This document shows, piece by piece, positions 1 to 10,543 of a stretch of DNA of 56,252 nt. The position numbers and the translations under genes are program-made. The stretch spans positions 1-56,252 of the forward strand of contig CANQOV010000004.1 of the NCBI GenBank assembly GCA_947625575.1, given 5' to 3'. The notes under the pieces were generated by a model, which was given only the letters and a program-made list of their open reading frames with translations, searched no databases and had not been told where the DNA came from. The DNA is from an uncultured Bacilli bacterium. Its GTDB lineage: Bacteria > Bacillota_I > Bacilli_A > RF39 > UBA660. Position 1 is the first letter of the stretch. Every line of letters begins with the position of its first letter.

Positions 1-81
1 ACAAAATTTATAAATTACAAGAAGTTGTTAATACTATTTGATTATTCTTTTGTTGCACTTGACTTTTTAATTAATAAGAAA

Positions 82-309
82 CTAGTCCATTTCTACTTCT
101 TTTTCTAAGTAAATATTAATTAATTTATCAATTAATTGTTTATCCTTAACACCACAAATATAAGTCTTATCCTTATCTTTCATCTGTTTAAGTATTGAAA
201 ACTTATTACCATCAACAGATATAGCATATAAATAATCTTCATTTTGATAATTTATTGTGTCCATAACAACAAAATCAGTAGAATCAATTGTTATAACTTC
301 ATCAACCAT
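82..309 (-). CDS. small acidic hypothetical protein, DUF1292-like
   Basis: 'ITIDSTDFVVMDTINYQNEDYLY' pattern resembles DUF1292; ATG at 309 overlaps upstream stop. Confidence 0.5.
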   Translation of the reverse strand: MVDEVITIDSTDFVVMDTINYQNEDYLYAISVDGNKFSILKQMKDKDKTYICGVKDKQLIDKLINIYLEKEVEMD

Positions 310-886
310 TTTTTCTTCCATCATTAAGACCCTCACTTTCTTTCAAACCTGAAGATAGAGTATTTTCATTTGCTGTTTCACTACCTAAATAACTATGAGT
401 AAACCAATAAAATGTCCACTCGATATGATTTTCCTCGGCATATTTTTTTGATGATTCTAATTGATCAAAATAGAAACTTTCATAACTTTTTACACTCTCT
501 TGATTAAAATCATATAGTCGTTTTGCTCCAATAGTAATACTAACACATGCTGCCACTATTAAAGCTGTTTTCTTTAACTTATCTTTTAAATCAAGCGAAC
601 TTCTTCTAACCAGCATCTCTTGCACAGGTGGACAAACATATTGATATTGCTTATCTAATTCAATATGTCTTAAAATTTCACTCATTTTATGTTTTCTAGT
701 TAATTCCCATGTATCATCTTGCTCATCTTTTATAACTTGGCCGTCGTTTTCTTTAGAAACTGGTTGTTCTACTTCACCTCCAAAATATTTAATAGCCTCA
801 TTAAGATAACTTTCTTTTGCTTCCTTAGCATGAAGATTAACCAAATCCATTACTTCTAAATCTTTATCATCGTTCACTTCTATCAC
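302..886 (-). CDS. hypothetical protein with one TM segment
   Basis: 194-aa ORF; hydrophobic 'ALIVAACVSITIGA'. Confidence 0.6.
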   Translation of the reverse strand: MIEVNDDKDLEVMDLVNLHAKEAKESYLNEAIKYFGGEVEQPVSKENDGQVIKDEQDDTWELTRKHKMSEILRHIELDKQYQYVCPPVQEMLVRRSSLDLKDKLKKTALIVAACVSITIGAKRLYDFNQESVKSYESFYFDQLESSKKYAEENHIEWTFYWFTHSYLGSETANENTLSSGLKESEGLNDGRKNG

Positions 887-992
887 CTACTATAATTTTA
901 AACTACCACCAAAACAAAGTCAATAATCACTAATAATATTTTCCAAACAAATTACATATCTTTATAATGAACAAAGAAAGGAATGATAAAAT

Positions 993-1253
993 ATGGATAC
1001 ATTAAAAGTATCAACAAAATCTAATCCAAATTCAGTTGCAGGAGCAATAACAAATGTCTTCAAAGATAAAGGAACAGTAGAAATCCAAGCAATTGGTGCT
1101 GGAGCCTTAAACCAGGCTATCAAAGCTATAGCAATAGCAAGAGGTTTTATTGCTCCAACTGGTAAAAACTTAGTTTGTATACCAGCATTTACAGACATAA
1201 TAATTGATGGCGAAGAAAAAACCGCTATTAAATTAATAATTGAAGCTTCCTAA
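993..1253 (+). CDS. spoVS: stage V sporulation protein S
   Basis: 'LKVSTKSNPNSVAGAI...EIQAIGAGALNQAIKAIAIARGF' matches SpoVS. Confidence 0.95.
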   Translation: MDTLKVSTKSNPNSVAGAITNVFKDKGTVEIQAIGAGALNQAIKAIAIARGFIAPTGKNLVCIPAFTDIIIDGEEKTAIKLIIEAS

Positions 1254-1297
1254 GCTTCTTTTTTTATAAAAATGCATATAATTAATTAGGTGATCAT

Positions 1298-1645
1298 ATG
1301 TCAATTGAAAATTTTAAATCATTTGTAAGAACAAAACCTAAATTATTGGATTTCATAAATAATAAAACAATGACTTGGCAAGACTTTTATAATATGTATG
1401 AATTATATGGAGAAAATAGTGAAATATGGCAAAAATATCTAACCCAAGAAACACCAAAAAAAGCCATAAATTTTAAAGATATCATCTCCTCTTTTCAAAA
1501 CATGAACATGAACGATATCCAAAAAGGAATAAACTCTCTTCAAAAAGGAATAAACTATGTTAAAGAACTAGTAGATAATAAAAGTACAACCACTCCAAAA
1601 ACAAACTATGAGCCAAGACAAATATATAAATATTTTGATGACTAA
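1298..1645 (+). CDS. ylbD: YlbD-family putative spore coat protein
   Basis: 'FKSFVRTKPKL...TWQDFYNMYELYGE..IWQKY'; followed by ylbE-like gene. Confidence 0.8.
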   Translation: MSIENFKSFVRTKPKLLDFINNKTMTWQDFYNMYELYGENSEIWQKYLTQETPKKAINFKDIISSFQNMNMNDIQKGINSLQKGINYVKELVDNKSTTTPKTNYEPRQIYKYFDD

Positions 1646-1866
1646 TGCAAGTATTTATCCAATATAAAATAAAACAAAATCCAATATATAGACAATTTTT
1701 AAATGAAAATTCTTACTGGTACAAATATTTAAATAGAAATCCTCTTTATTTTAAAGATTTTGAAAAAGATTTAAAGAAAAAATATCGTTTAACTACCGAA
1801 GATAGACTAAATAAAATGGCAGATAGTCTAGATACTATTTCAAAAATAATGAGTATTTTAAATTAA
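1645..1866 (+). CDS. ylbE: YlbE-like protein
   Basis: 'FLNENSYWYKYLNRNP'; coupled to ylbD (TAATG overlap). Confidence 0.8.
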   Translation: MQVFIQYKIKQNPIYRQFLNENSYWYKYLNRNPLYFKDFEKDLKKKYRLTTEDRLNKMADSLDTISKIMSILN

Positions 1867-1880
1867 AAAAATATAAAGAT

Positions 1881-2696
1881 TTATAAAATCTCTATATTTT
1901 CATCATTTTTAGTATTTGTTTTAGGAATCTGATAATTAGTAATATCATCTTTCTTTGTATAATCTTTACTATATGCTTCATGAACTTCATCAGTAAAGTT
2001 CAAATCTATATTTTCTAAAGGTCTAGTACCACCATAAACAGTTCTAGTAGCCTCAAGTTCTGGATTGTACGTAGGCTTAAAATCATCAATTTCTTCTTCA
2101 TAAGTAGGCATCTTTAAATACTCATCTTCAGTTAAAACTGTATTAACATCATCATCAATATATGAAGGTGTATCAACAAGTATTTCACTAAATGTATCAT
2201 CTTTAGCTTCTTCTTCCACAAATTTTAAATTTTCGATTTTTTCTTTTGGAACATCTTCTTCAACCAAAACTTCATTAATAGTTACTTCTTCTTTTTCTTC
2301 AATATTTTTAGTAATTTCACTAGCGATAGCTGTATCATTAGGAATAGTTGTATCACTAGCAATAACTGTATCATTAGAAACAACCGTATCACTAGAATTA
2401 CCTTCATCCATAGATGTATCTTCTTTAGTAGGACTATCTTCTACTAAAGGTGTCTTTTCTACCCTAGAAACATCCTCACCATTAGAAGAATCTTCTTTTA
2501 CTTCACTTACTTTTTCTAAAACTGGCCTTTCCATAACTTCATCTTTTAAAGTTATGTCTTCTGCTATTGTATCATCTACATCATCTTCATCTTCTGATTT
2601 ATATGCGATAATACCAACAACCAAAGCAATAATAAGTAAGACAAAACCAATCAATATTAATATCCCAGGAAATTCAAATAACATACTAATATTCAC
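1881..2696 (-). CDS. membrane-anchored acidic low-complexity protein
   Basis: N-terminal TM, then D/E-rich region with short 'NDT.IA' repeats. Confidence 0.65.
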   Translation of the reverse strand: MNISMLFEFPGILILIGFVLLIIALVVGIIAYKSEDEDDVDDTIAEDITLKDEVMERPVLEKVSEVKEDSSNGEDVSRVEKTPLVEDSPTKEDTSMDEGNSSDTVVSNDTVIASDTTIPNDTAIASEITKNIEEKEEVTINEVLVEEDVPKEKIENLKFVEEEAKDDTFSEILVDTPSYIDDDVNTVLTEDEYLKMPTYEEEIDDFKPTYNPELEATRTVYGGTRPLENIDLNFTDEVHEAYSKDYTKKDDITNYQIPKTNTKNDENIEIL

Positions 2697-2757
2697 AGTA
2701 ACACTCCCTTATCCTAACAATATAATATCAAAAAAACAAAATTATTGCAACATTAAT

Positions 2758-3048
2758 TTAAACAGTTTTACTATTCTTTACTTTCTTTAAAATTATATAT
2801 TTACAACCATAACTACAATAATTACTAATATAATCATCTATCAATTTAAAATCATTAATCTTTCGAAAATTCTTATTATCTTCATCATTAAATCCCTTTA
2901 ATCTAAACTTATTATAAGATTGATCTATTAAAATATAATCAAAATCCTTATAATAATCCGTAACCTTTTCTTTTAACAACTCATAATCAAAAATATTACT
3001 CTCATCTTTTAAAATTATATATTTTTCATCATTAAATAAATATTCCAT
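2758..3048 (-). CDS. yutD: YutD (DUF1027) family protein
   Basis: 'FDYILIDQSYNKFRLKGF...DYISNYCSYGCKY'; next to yunB as in Bacillus. Confidence 0.8.
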   Translation of the reverse strand: MEYLFNDEKYIILKDESNIFDYELLKEKVTDYYKDFDYILIDQSYNKFRLKGFNDEDNKNFRKINDFKLIDDYISNYCSYGCKYIILKKVKNSKTV

Positions 3049-3083
3049 TACTTATCACCTATAAATATCTTAACACAATCTAA

Positions 3084-3755
3084 TTAATTTAGTAAAGATG
3101 GCACTCCCAAAGAATAACCACCATAATAATCTGGTACTTTACCACTTACAATCTTATAAGAAAAAGGTATCTTATTTATAACATTTATCTCTTTACTAAT
3201 AATGGGTAAAACAACTTTTTGTTTAACTTCTACGTAAATAGATAACTCAATTAATGAATTATTAATACCATAATCTTTTACATCACTAATCATTTTTGTA
3301 TTAACTTTTCCAACACTTTGTATTTTAACTTTTATCTTTGGTCCATAATTATTAATAATAGGATTATTAAATAAAGAAAGAATTGGTACTTCAATATTAC
3401 TATCGCTATCTTCCAAAGTATTTAAAGCACTTTGAATATTATCCGTAACATCTTTTAAAATAACATTAACTGCTAAAGAATTATAATCAATCATTAAAAC
3501 ATTACCATTTTTATCAAAAGTAACATCATATAAAGACATATCTTGAAACTTTTCTAATAGATTATTTGTTGTAGCGTCATTAATAATATTAGTAACTAAT
3601 CTTTCTGTTTCTATTAAAGCATAAGACATATATAAATTACTAGCTCTTTTAGTAACCCCAAACAATAATTGTATAGTAAAAATAGCTATTGTTAAAACAA
3701 ATAGCTTTTTTATTTTTTTACTTCTTTTATTGTTTTTAAGATGCATTTTACTCAT
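3084..3755 (-). CDS. yunB: sporulation protein YunB
   Basis: N-terminal TM; 'GPKIKVKI..VG', 'YGINNSLIE', 'IVSGKVPDYYGG'. Confidence 0.85.
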   Translation of the reverse strand: MSKMHLKNNKRSKKIKKLFVLTIAIFTIQLLFGVTKRASNLYMSYALIETERLVTNIINDATTNNLLEKFQDMSLYDVTFDKNGNVLMIDYNSLAVNVILKDVTDNIQSALNTLEDSDSNIEVPILSLFNNPIINNYGPKIKVKIQSVGKVNTKMISDVKDYGINNSLIELSIYVEVKQKVVLPIISKEINVINKIPFSYKIVSGKVPDYYGGYSLGVPSLLN

Positions 3756-3788
3756 AGTAAATTATATTAAAAAATATGAATAAAATTC

Positions 3789-4496
3789 TTACTTACTCTC
3801 TACTAAAGTACCAACATACTCTCTTTTCAAAAACTTACTTAATGCCTTGCTATCTTTATTAGAGTATAAATATAATGGTATCTTATGTTTATATAGCATA
3901 CTAATAGCTTCAAAATCCATAACACCCATTGAATCAATTCCATTTTTTATCTGCAAATTAATTAAATCTTCATGAGTCATCTTATCAAATTTTTTAGCAC
4001 TGCCCTTATTTGGATCTCCATCATAAATTCCGTCAATATTTTTAGCCATTAAAATCATATCGCAAGATAATTCAATAGCTTTCTCAATAGTTACCATATC
4101 CGTAGTAAAATTAGGTGTTGCAATACCTCCAGATAAAACTATAACACTACTAGTTATATCTTGTTTTACTTTCTCATAATTAAACTTCTCCACTATCCCG
4201 GGTATTTCTACCATAGAATAAGAAACACTTTTAATTCCATGATTATTTAAATAATTAGTAACTGCAAGAGCATTAATAACTGTAGAAAGCATACCCATAT
4301 AATCTAAAGTTGCTTTATCTAAATTCACTTTATTTCTTCCTCGAAAGAAATTACCTCCCCCTAAAACAAGTACAACTTGATTATTACACTCTACAAGCTT
4401 CTTAACATCACCAAAAACACTATCAAGCATTTTATCACTTATATTACTAGTTTCATCTTTTAAAGACTCACCACTTATTTTCATTATAATTCTCAT
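3789..4496 (-). CDS. pyrH: UMP kinase (divergent)
   Basis: 'KISGESL', 'GGGNFFRG', 'DYMGMLSTVINAL', 'FTTD', 'DGIYDGDP'. Confidence 0.85.
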   Translation of the reverse strand: MRIIMKISGESLKDETSNISDKMLDSVFGDVKKLVECNNQVVLVLGGGNFFRGRNKVNLDKATLDYMGMLSTVINALAVTNYLNNHGIKSVSYSMVEIPGIVEKFNYEKVKQDITSSVIVLSGGIATPNFTTDMVTIEKAIELSCDMILMAKNIDGIYDGDPNKGSAKKFDKMTHEDLINLQIKNGIDSMGVMDFEAISMLYKHKIPLYLYSNKDSKALSKFLKREYVGTLVESK

Positions 4497-4531
4497 ATTT
4501 CACCCAAAAAAATTCAAGAATAAATCTTGAA

Positions 4532-5083
4532 TTATCTATAATTTTCACTCTTAACTTCCATATAACTTCTAGGATGATTACAAACAGGACATACATCTAA
4601 AGCATCTTTTCCAACATATACATGTCCACAATTTCTACAAATCCAAATCTTATCTTCATCTTTATGGAACACTTTATCATTTTTGACATTTTCTAACAAA
4701 GTTAAATATCTTTCTTCATGTTCTTTTTCAATCTTACCTACTTCTTCAAATAAATAAGCAATCTTATCAAATCCCTCTTCTTTAGCAACCTTTGCAAACT
4801 CAGCATACATAGTAGTCCACTCATAGTTTTCTCCACTTGCAGCATCACTAAGATTATCTAAAGTAGATAAAATATCCCCTCCATTTAATTGTTTAAACCA
4901 TAATTTTGCATGTTCCTTTTCATTATTAGCAGTTTCTTCAAAAATAGCTGCTATCTCTTCATAACCATCTTTTTTAGCTTTTGAGGCATAATAAGTATAT
5001 TTATTTCTAGCCTGTGATTCTCCTGCAAAAGCAGTCATTAAATTTTGTTCTGTTCTACTTCCTTTTAATTCCATATCATACAC
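4532..5083 (-). CDS. rbr: rubrerythrin
   Basis: '[12 protein letters not shown]', 'EKEHAK', C-terminal CxxC...CPVC. Confidence 0.95.
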   Translation of the reverse strand: MYDMELKGSRTEQNLMTAFAGESQARNKYTYYASKAKKDGYEEIAAIFEETANNEKEHAKLWFKQLNGGDILSTLDNLSDAASGENYEWTTMYAEFAKVAKEEGFDKIAYLFEEVGKIEKEHEERYLTLLENVKNDKVFHKDEDKIWICRNCGHVYVGKDALDVCPVCNHPRSYMEVKSENYR

Positions 5084-5154
5084 TCCTATTCTTATCTAGA
5101 GAACAACTCTCTAAAAATATTCTATCATTTATTTAAAACTCATGCAATTATTTT

Positions 5155-6243
5155 TTATTTATTTTCCAAATCTACAAAATCACTTAAAATATAATTAGAA
5201 ACATATAAATATTTCTTAGGAATATAAAAATAATTTTTATTTTCTTTCAAATACCTAACATCAAAAACTTCTTTAATATTCTTCCCATATTTATCATAAA
5301 AAACTTTTTTAGAAATCCCCCTTATCTTTCTTAAAGACAAAATCATCTCATTTTCCATAAGTTCATTTAAAGAAAGTCTTTCATCAAAAGAAACATATTC
5401 TCCATTTAAATACTTTTTCATACTTCTTGTATTAGTATATCTATAATTATTATCAATAAACCCTGAAGAAGACAAACCAAATCCATAATACATATTATTA
5501 TTCCAATAAGTAAGATTATGTCTTGATTGATAACCCTTTTTACAAAAATTACTTATTTCATATTGAATATAACCATTACAAGATAATACCTTTCTTATAT
5601 AATCATACATCTTTCTATTTAAATCACTACTAGATTCTACATAATTATTTATCTTTAAAATAGTTTTATCTTCAATAATCAAAGAATAAATAGAAATATG
5701 CTTAACATCTAACTTTAAAAAACAATCTAAATCTTTCTTTAAATCTAAAAATGTTTCATTATTCGAGCCAAATATCAAGTCAATATTAATATTATCAAAA
5801 TATTCTTTAGCTAAATTTATTTTTTTAAAAGAAGGTATTTCTTTTCTTCCAATATTATCTAATATCTTTTTTTGAAAAGACTCTACCCCAATACTTAAAC
5901 GATTTACCCCATTATCTTTAAGTATTTGTAATAATCTTTTATTTAAATTAGAAATATTGCACTCAAAAGTAAATTCAATATCCTTATCTAAACGAAATAT
6001 CTTTATAATATCAAATAATTTCTTAAGTTGTTTACTATTAAGACAAGATGGACTTCCTCCTCCAACATAAACTGTTTTAATTAATTCATTTTTATAACGA
6101 GTTTTTACCTCTTTTTCTAAAATAGCTAAATATCTATCCACTAAAGAATCATTATAAAACAATTTACAAAAATCACAATAAGCACAAATATTTTTACAAA
6201 AAGGTATATGAATATATACACTTTTTATTTTATCTAGCACCAT
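5155..6243 (-). CDS. hemW: radical SAM heme chaperone HemW (HemN-like)
   Basis: 'YIHIPFCKNICAYCDF', 'YEISNF', 'HNLTYW'; downstream of lepA. Confidence 0.9.
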   Translation of the reverse strand: MVLDKIKSVYIHIPFCKNICAYCDFCKLFYNDSLVDRYLAILEKEVKTRYKNELIKTVYVGGGSPSCLNSKQLKKLFDIIKIFRLDKDIEFTFECNISNLNKRLLQILKDNGVNRLSIGVESFQKKILDNIGRKEIPSFKKINLAKEYFDNINIDLIFGSNNETFLDLKKDLDCFLKLDVKHISIYSLIIEDKTILKINNYVESSSDLNRKMYDYIRKVLSCNGYIQYEISNFCKKGYQSRHNLTYWNNNMYYGFGLSSSGFIDNNYRYTNTRSMKKYLNGEYVSFDERLSLNELMENEMILSLRKIRGISKKVFYDKYGKNIKEVFDVRYLKENKNYFYIPKKYLYVSNYILSDFVDLENK

Positions 6244-6712
6244 GATTATAATTCTTTCTATCGCTGATAGTTCTTTTTCCTATAGTATTATTATAACTAA
6301 AAATATACTTTAACATCTTAAGTTGTTCTTCATTTGCACACTTAATAAGTCTATCATATAAAGAACTTTTTGGTATTCCGTACTCTTTTTCTAACTCTCT
6401 TAAAGATTGATAACTAAAATCTTCATAATGCTGTTGATTATTGTATAACTGTTCCAACTTTTCCAAAATCTCTTTGGCAACAGAATCATAACTAGATGTC
6501 CTCTTACCCTTAATACCCATACCATATCTTGTTTTAGCTATAGAATCAATCTTTTCTCTTACTTCACTATATTTAACAGGATCACTTTCTTTTAAGGCCT
6601 GTAATCTTTTTTGAATAGTACTTTTACTAATATTTAAACTATTTGCAACTTCCAAAAGAGTCATATTTCCATTTAATATAGCTTCTACAATAACTTTAGT
6701 TTTGTTATCCAT
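6230..6712 (-). CDS. double-HTH protein, N-terminal half SpoIIID-like
   Basis: 'TLLEVANSLNISKSTIQKRL...DPVKYSEV' and second HTH 'SLRELEKEYGIPKSSLYDRL'. Confidence 0.6.
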   Translation of the reverse strand: MDNKTKVIVEAILNGNMTLLEVANSLNISKSTIQKRLQALKESDPVKYSEVREKIDSIAKTRYGMGIKGKRTSSYDSVAKEILEKLEQLYNNQQHYEDFSYQSLRELEKEYGIPKSSLYDRLIKCANEEQLKMLKYIFSYNNTIGKRTISDRKNYNHGAR

Positions 6713-6722
6713 ACCTACCTCA

Positions 6723-8516
6723 CTAATCTTCTACTTTTAAAATACTTAAAAATGCTTCTTGTGGCAACTCTACATTACCAATCATCTTCATCTTCTTTTT
6801 ACCCTCTTTTTGCTTCTCTAAAAGCTTTCTTTTTCTAGAAACATCTCCACCATAACACTTAGCCAACACATCTTTTCTCATCGCTTTAACCGTTTCTCTT
6901 GCTATAACTTTACTAGATATTGCTGCTTGAATTGGCACTTCAAATAACTGTCTTGGTATAATCTCTTTTAAAACTTCACAGATCACTCTTCCTCTTTGAT
7001 AAGCAAAATCTTTATGAACAATAATACTTAAAGCATCAACAACTTCTCCATTAATTAAGATATCTAACTTTTCCAAATTACTAGTTTTATAACCAATCAT
7101 CTCATAATCAAAAGAAGCATACCCTTTAGTAAGACTCTTTAACTTATTAAAAAAGTCATAAACCACTTCTGATAAAGGTAATTCATATAATATATTTACC
7201 CTAAGACTATCAATATAACTTAATCCTAGATAAATACCTCTTTTATTTTGACATAATTCCATAACTTGACCAATATAATCTTTTGGTGTAAAAATACTAG
7301 CTTTAATATATGGCTCTTCCATTAACTTAATCTTTCCTTTATCAGGCATTTTACTAGGAGAAGAAAGAAAAATAACTTGATTGTCAGTTTGTGTTATCTT
7401 ATATATTACCGATGGTGAAGTTGCAATCACATCTATATTAAACTCTCTTTCTAGACGTTCTTTTGTAATATCCATATGTAATAATCCTAAAAAACCACAT
7501 CTAAATCCAAAACCCAAAGCTTTAGATACTTCAGGTGTATACTTAAGTGAAGCATCATTTAAAGTCAATTTTTCCAAGGCTTCTTTTAAATCTTCATACT
7601 TCGTAGATTCCATAGGATATAACCCTGAATAAACAAATGGTTTAACCTCTTTATAACCAGGAAGTGCTTCTTTAGCAGGTTTATCTTTAAGAGTAATTGT
7701 ATCTCCTACTTTTACATCTTGAATACTTTTAATACTAGCAGTAACAAATCCAACTTCTCCAGCACCCAAGCAATCAGTTAAAACTTCATATGGTGTATGT
7801 TTTCCAACGTTAATAACTTCATAACAAGCTTTAGTTTCCATCATCATAATAGTATCTTTTGGCTTAATTGATCCTGATTTAACCCTAACTTGCACCACTA
7901 CACCACGATAAGCATCAAAATAAGAATCAAAAATAAGAGCTTTAGTAACATCTTCATCTACTACAGGACTAGGTATTTTTTCTACTACACTATCTAAAAG
8001 TTTATCAATACCAGTTCCCTCTTTAGCACTACATAAAATAATTTCTTCTTTTTTAAATCCTAAATTATCTTCAATTTCTTTAATAACTCTATCTACATCA
8101 GCATTAGGTAAATCAATCTTATTAATAACAGGAATAATCTCTAAATTATTATCAATTGCCAAATATAAATTAGCTAAAGTTTGAGCTTCAATTCCTTGAG
8201 TTGCATCAATTAATAAAATAGCACCCTCACAAGCCGCTAAAGACCTACTAACTTCATAAGTAAAATCAACATGACCAGGAGTATCTATTAAATTAAATAA
8301 ATAATCTATTCCATGATAATTATATTTTAAAGAAACAGCATTAAGTTTAATTGTTATGCCTCTTTCTCTTTCAATATCCATAGAATCTAATAATTGATCT
8401 TTCATCTCTCGCTTAGAAATAGCATTGCATCGTTCTAATATTCTATCTGCAATTGTACTTTTTCCATGATCAATATGTGCAATTATGCAAAAATTTCTAA
8501 TATGCTGTGTATCCAT
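6723..8516 (-). CDS. lepA: elongation factor 4
   Basis: '[16 protein letters not shown]', 'DTPGHVDF', '[11 protein letters not shown]'; start placed at ATG 8516 after GGTGA. Confidence 0.98.
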   Translation of the reverse strand: MDTQHIRNFCIIAHIDHGKSTIADRILERCNAISKREMKDQLLDSMDIERERGITIKLNAVSLKYNYHGIDYLFNLIDTPGHVDFTYEVSRSLAACEGAILLIDATQGIEAQTLANLYLAIDNNLEIIPVINKIDLPNADVDRVIKEIEDNLGFKKEEIILCSAKEGTGIDKLLDSVVEKIPSPVVDEDVTKALIFDSYFDAYRGVVVQVRVKSGSIKPKDTIMMMETKACYEVINVGKHTPYEVLTDCLGAGEVGFVTASIKSIQDVKVGDTITLKDKPAKEALPGYKEVKPFVYSGLYPMESTKYEDLKEALEKLTLNDASLKYTPEVSKALGFGFRCGFLGLLHMDITKERLEREFNIDVIATSPSVIYKITQTDNQVIFLSSPSKMPDKGKIKLMEEPYIKASIFTPKDYIGQVMELCQNKRGIYLGLSYIDSLRVNILYELPLSEVVYDFFNKLKSLTKGYASFDYEMIGYKTSNLEKLDILINGEVVDALSIIVHKDFAYQRGRVICEVLKEIIPRQLFEVPIQAAISSKVIARETVKAMRKDVLAKCYGGDVSRKRKLLEKQKEGKKKMKMIGNVELPQEAFLSILKVED

Positions 8517-8589
8517 TAATATCACCATTTAAATTTTATCATATTTTTTAAGCATTTAAAAGAATATAAAAAAAGAACTCTAATCTAAA

Positions 8590-9501
8590 TTAAAGATCTC
8601 CAAGTTCTCTTACTTTATAATCTTCTTCATTGACACACCAGTGCATTGGTGAAAAAAATTTATTTCCTCCCTCAACATAAGTAACTGCACCTTCTATATC
8701 AACAGAACTAGCTCTATATTGTAAATAATTATGAATCGAGCCAAAACAGAAACAATCAATAATTGCTAAAGTATTAGGTAAATATAATTTATCTTCAATT
8801 GAAGAAGAAACAAAATTCAAATAATGCCTACTATTAAAATCAATAAATTGATTAGGTCTAACAACTTGAGAATATAAGTCAGTTCCGCAGCCCCAACCCA
8901 TTACTCTATTAGTATCACTAACCCAAACACTATCATGTATTCTGTTATATAAAACACTAGCAACAGCATAAGCATCAGTATAACTATTATATTTAGCTTC
9001 AGACAAAATACCAGAAATAATAACATTTAACTCATCATAAGTAAGATTATATTTTTCCATAATATACTCTATTCTTTCTTCATAAGTAAGCATACTAGGA
9101 TCTTTACTAGTAATTTTAATAAACGTATTAGCTTCTTGATTTATATCACATGGTAAAACATCACAAACTGGTTTAGGAGCATTTATTAAAAATTCACTAT
9201 TTTCTCGATAAATAAAACCAACATTAGTACTATCATCACGAACATAAGAATACCAATTTTCACAAAAAGCATCATTTTTTATTGCTTTATACTTATTATC
9301 TTCCCAATTTTTTGACATATCCCAAAGATAACATTTATTCTTATATTCCAAAGCATTAACCCGAAAAGATAAAAGAAAAAGAATAGTAACAGAAAAAACA
9401 CTAATATCTTTTCCATGCATAGAAATAAATTGTTTTAACAAAACCAATAATTTTTTATCATGAATATTTTCTATAATATGTTTAAAACTGTTTTTATTCA
9501 T
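8590..9501 (-). CDS. cell wall hydrolase (SleB/CwlJ-like Hydrolase_2 domain) with N-terminal TM
   Basis: 'ILSEA', 'AVASVLYNR', 'VVRPNQF' motifs. Confidence 0.7.
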   Translation of the reverse strand: MNKNSFKHIIENIHDKKLLVLLKQFISMHGKDISVFSVTILFLLSFRVNALEYKNKCYLWDMSKNWEDNKYKAIKNDAFCENWYSYVRDDSTNVGFIYRENSEFLINAPKPVCDVLPCDINQEANTFIKITSKDPSMLTYEERIEYIMEKYNLTYDELNVIISGILSEAKYNSYTDAYAVASVLYNRIHDSVWVSDTNRVMGWGCGTDLYSQVVRPNQFIDFNSRHYLNFVSSSIEDKLYLPNTLAIIDCFCFGSIHNYLQYRASSVDIEGAVTYVEGGNKFFSPMHWCVNEEDYKVRELGDL

Positions 9502-9638
9502 AAAACTATTCTTCTCCTTTCGACAAAATCTTTACTAGATTACCACACAAGACTCTTTTTGTCAACCAAAAAAACACATATTTATTACCAAATATGTCAA
9601 AAATAAAACCCTTATAAAATAAGGGTATTAATTACTAA

Positions 9639-9714
9639 TGGTGTCCTGCTAGGGACTCGAACCCTAGACCCACTGATTAAGAGTCAGTTGCTCTACCAAC
9701 TGAGCTAGCAAGAC
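9639..9714 (-). tRNA. tRNA-Lys(CTT)
   Basis: 76-nt cloverleaf GTCTTGC...TAGCTCAGTTGGTAGAGC...CTGACTCTTAATCAG...GGTTCGAGTCC...GCAGGACACCA. Confidence 0.97.
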
Positions 9715-9830
9715 AAATTAAATTGCTATTTAATTATAACATATTTAAATAAAATTGCAATATTTTTAAAAATACTTTTAATTCGACATATTTTTCTTCT
9801 AACTACGTTGATAATAAAAATGGTGATAAT

Positions 9831-10262
9831 ATGAAAGAGTTATATATATTTAATTTAAAAAAAGAATTTGCAAGATTATATCAAGATAAACCAAGTGAAT
9901 TATTCTATATTTTTAACAGAATTTATTATATGAAAGAAATAGATAAAAACTATGGTTATAATTTATTTGAACAAATAAGTAATTTCTATGATAAAGACTT
10001 AGTAAATAGATTCTTATCTTATAGATATAAAGATAAAATGATGTATTCTTGCATAGACAACGAACATATAATAAATGATTTATATCTAAATGAAATAACT
10101 ATATTAAAAGTAAAACCCTCAAATATTAGAATTGAAACAAATGTAGAATATCCAAGTTTCTTAAAAGAATTAAAGTATTTTCAAGGAAATCTATTTGTAT
10201 GTAATTTTAAAGAACAGGAATACTTTTTCTTAAAAAATATAAAAAATAAAGTAAATAATTAA
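9831..10262 (+). CDS. sirA: sporulation inhibitor of replication SirA-like
   Basis: 'YIFNLKKEFARLY..KPSELF..F' N-terminus, 'FVCNF..QEYFFL' end; upstream of yneF as in Bacillus. Confidence 0.7.
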   Translation: MKELYIFNLKKEFARLYQDKPSELFYIFNRIYYMKEIDKNYGYNLFEQISNFYDKDLVNRFLSYRYKDKMMYSCIDNEHIINDLYLNEITILKVKPSNIRIETNVEYPSFLKELKYFQGNLFVCNFKEQEYFFLKNIKNKVNN

Positions 10263-10316
10263 TAAATTACTTGTTAAAACAATATAATTTTAATACAATA
10301 TATTTGGAGGTAATTT

Positions 10317-10526
10317 ATGGGACATGATATTTTAATGGTAGTAGTAGGACTTGTTATAGGTTTAGTAATTGGATTTTTCTTAGCAAGATATTTTATGAAA
10401 AAATATATGAAAAAAAATCCACCAATAAATGAAAATATGATTAAAGCATTAATGAGTGGTATGGGAAGAACACCAACTCAAAAGCAAGTAAATCAAATGA
10501 TGAAAAACATGAATAAATATATGTAA
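10317..10526 (+). CDS. yneF: YneF (UPF0154) family membrane protein
   Basis: '[24 protein letters not shown]...[14 protein letters not shown]'. Confidence 0.92.
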   Translation: MGHDILMVVVGLVIGLVIGFFLARYFMKKYMKKNPPINENMIKALMSGMGRTPTQKQVNQMMKNMNKYM

Positions 10527-10543
10527 AATAAAAGAAGCTCAAA

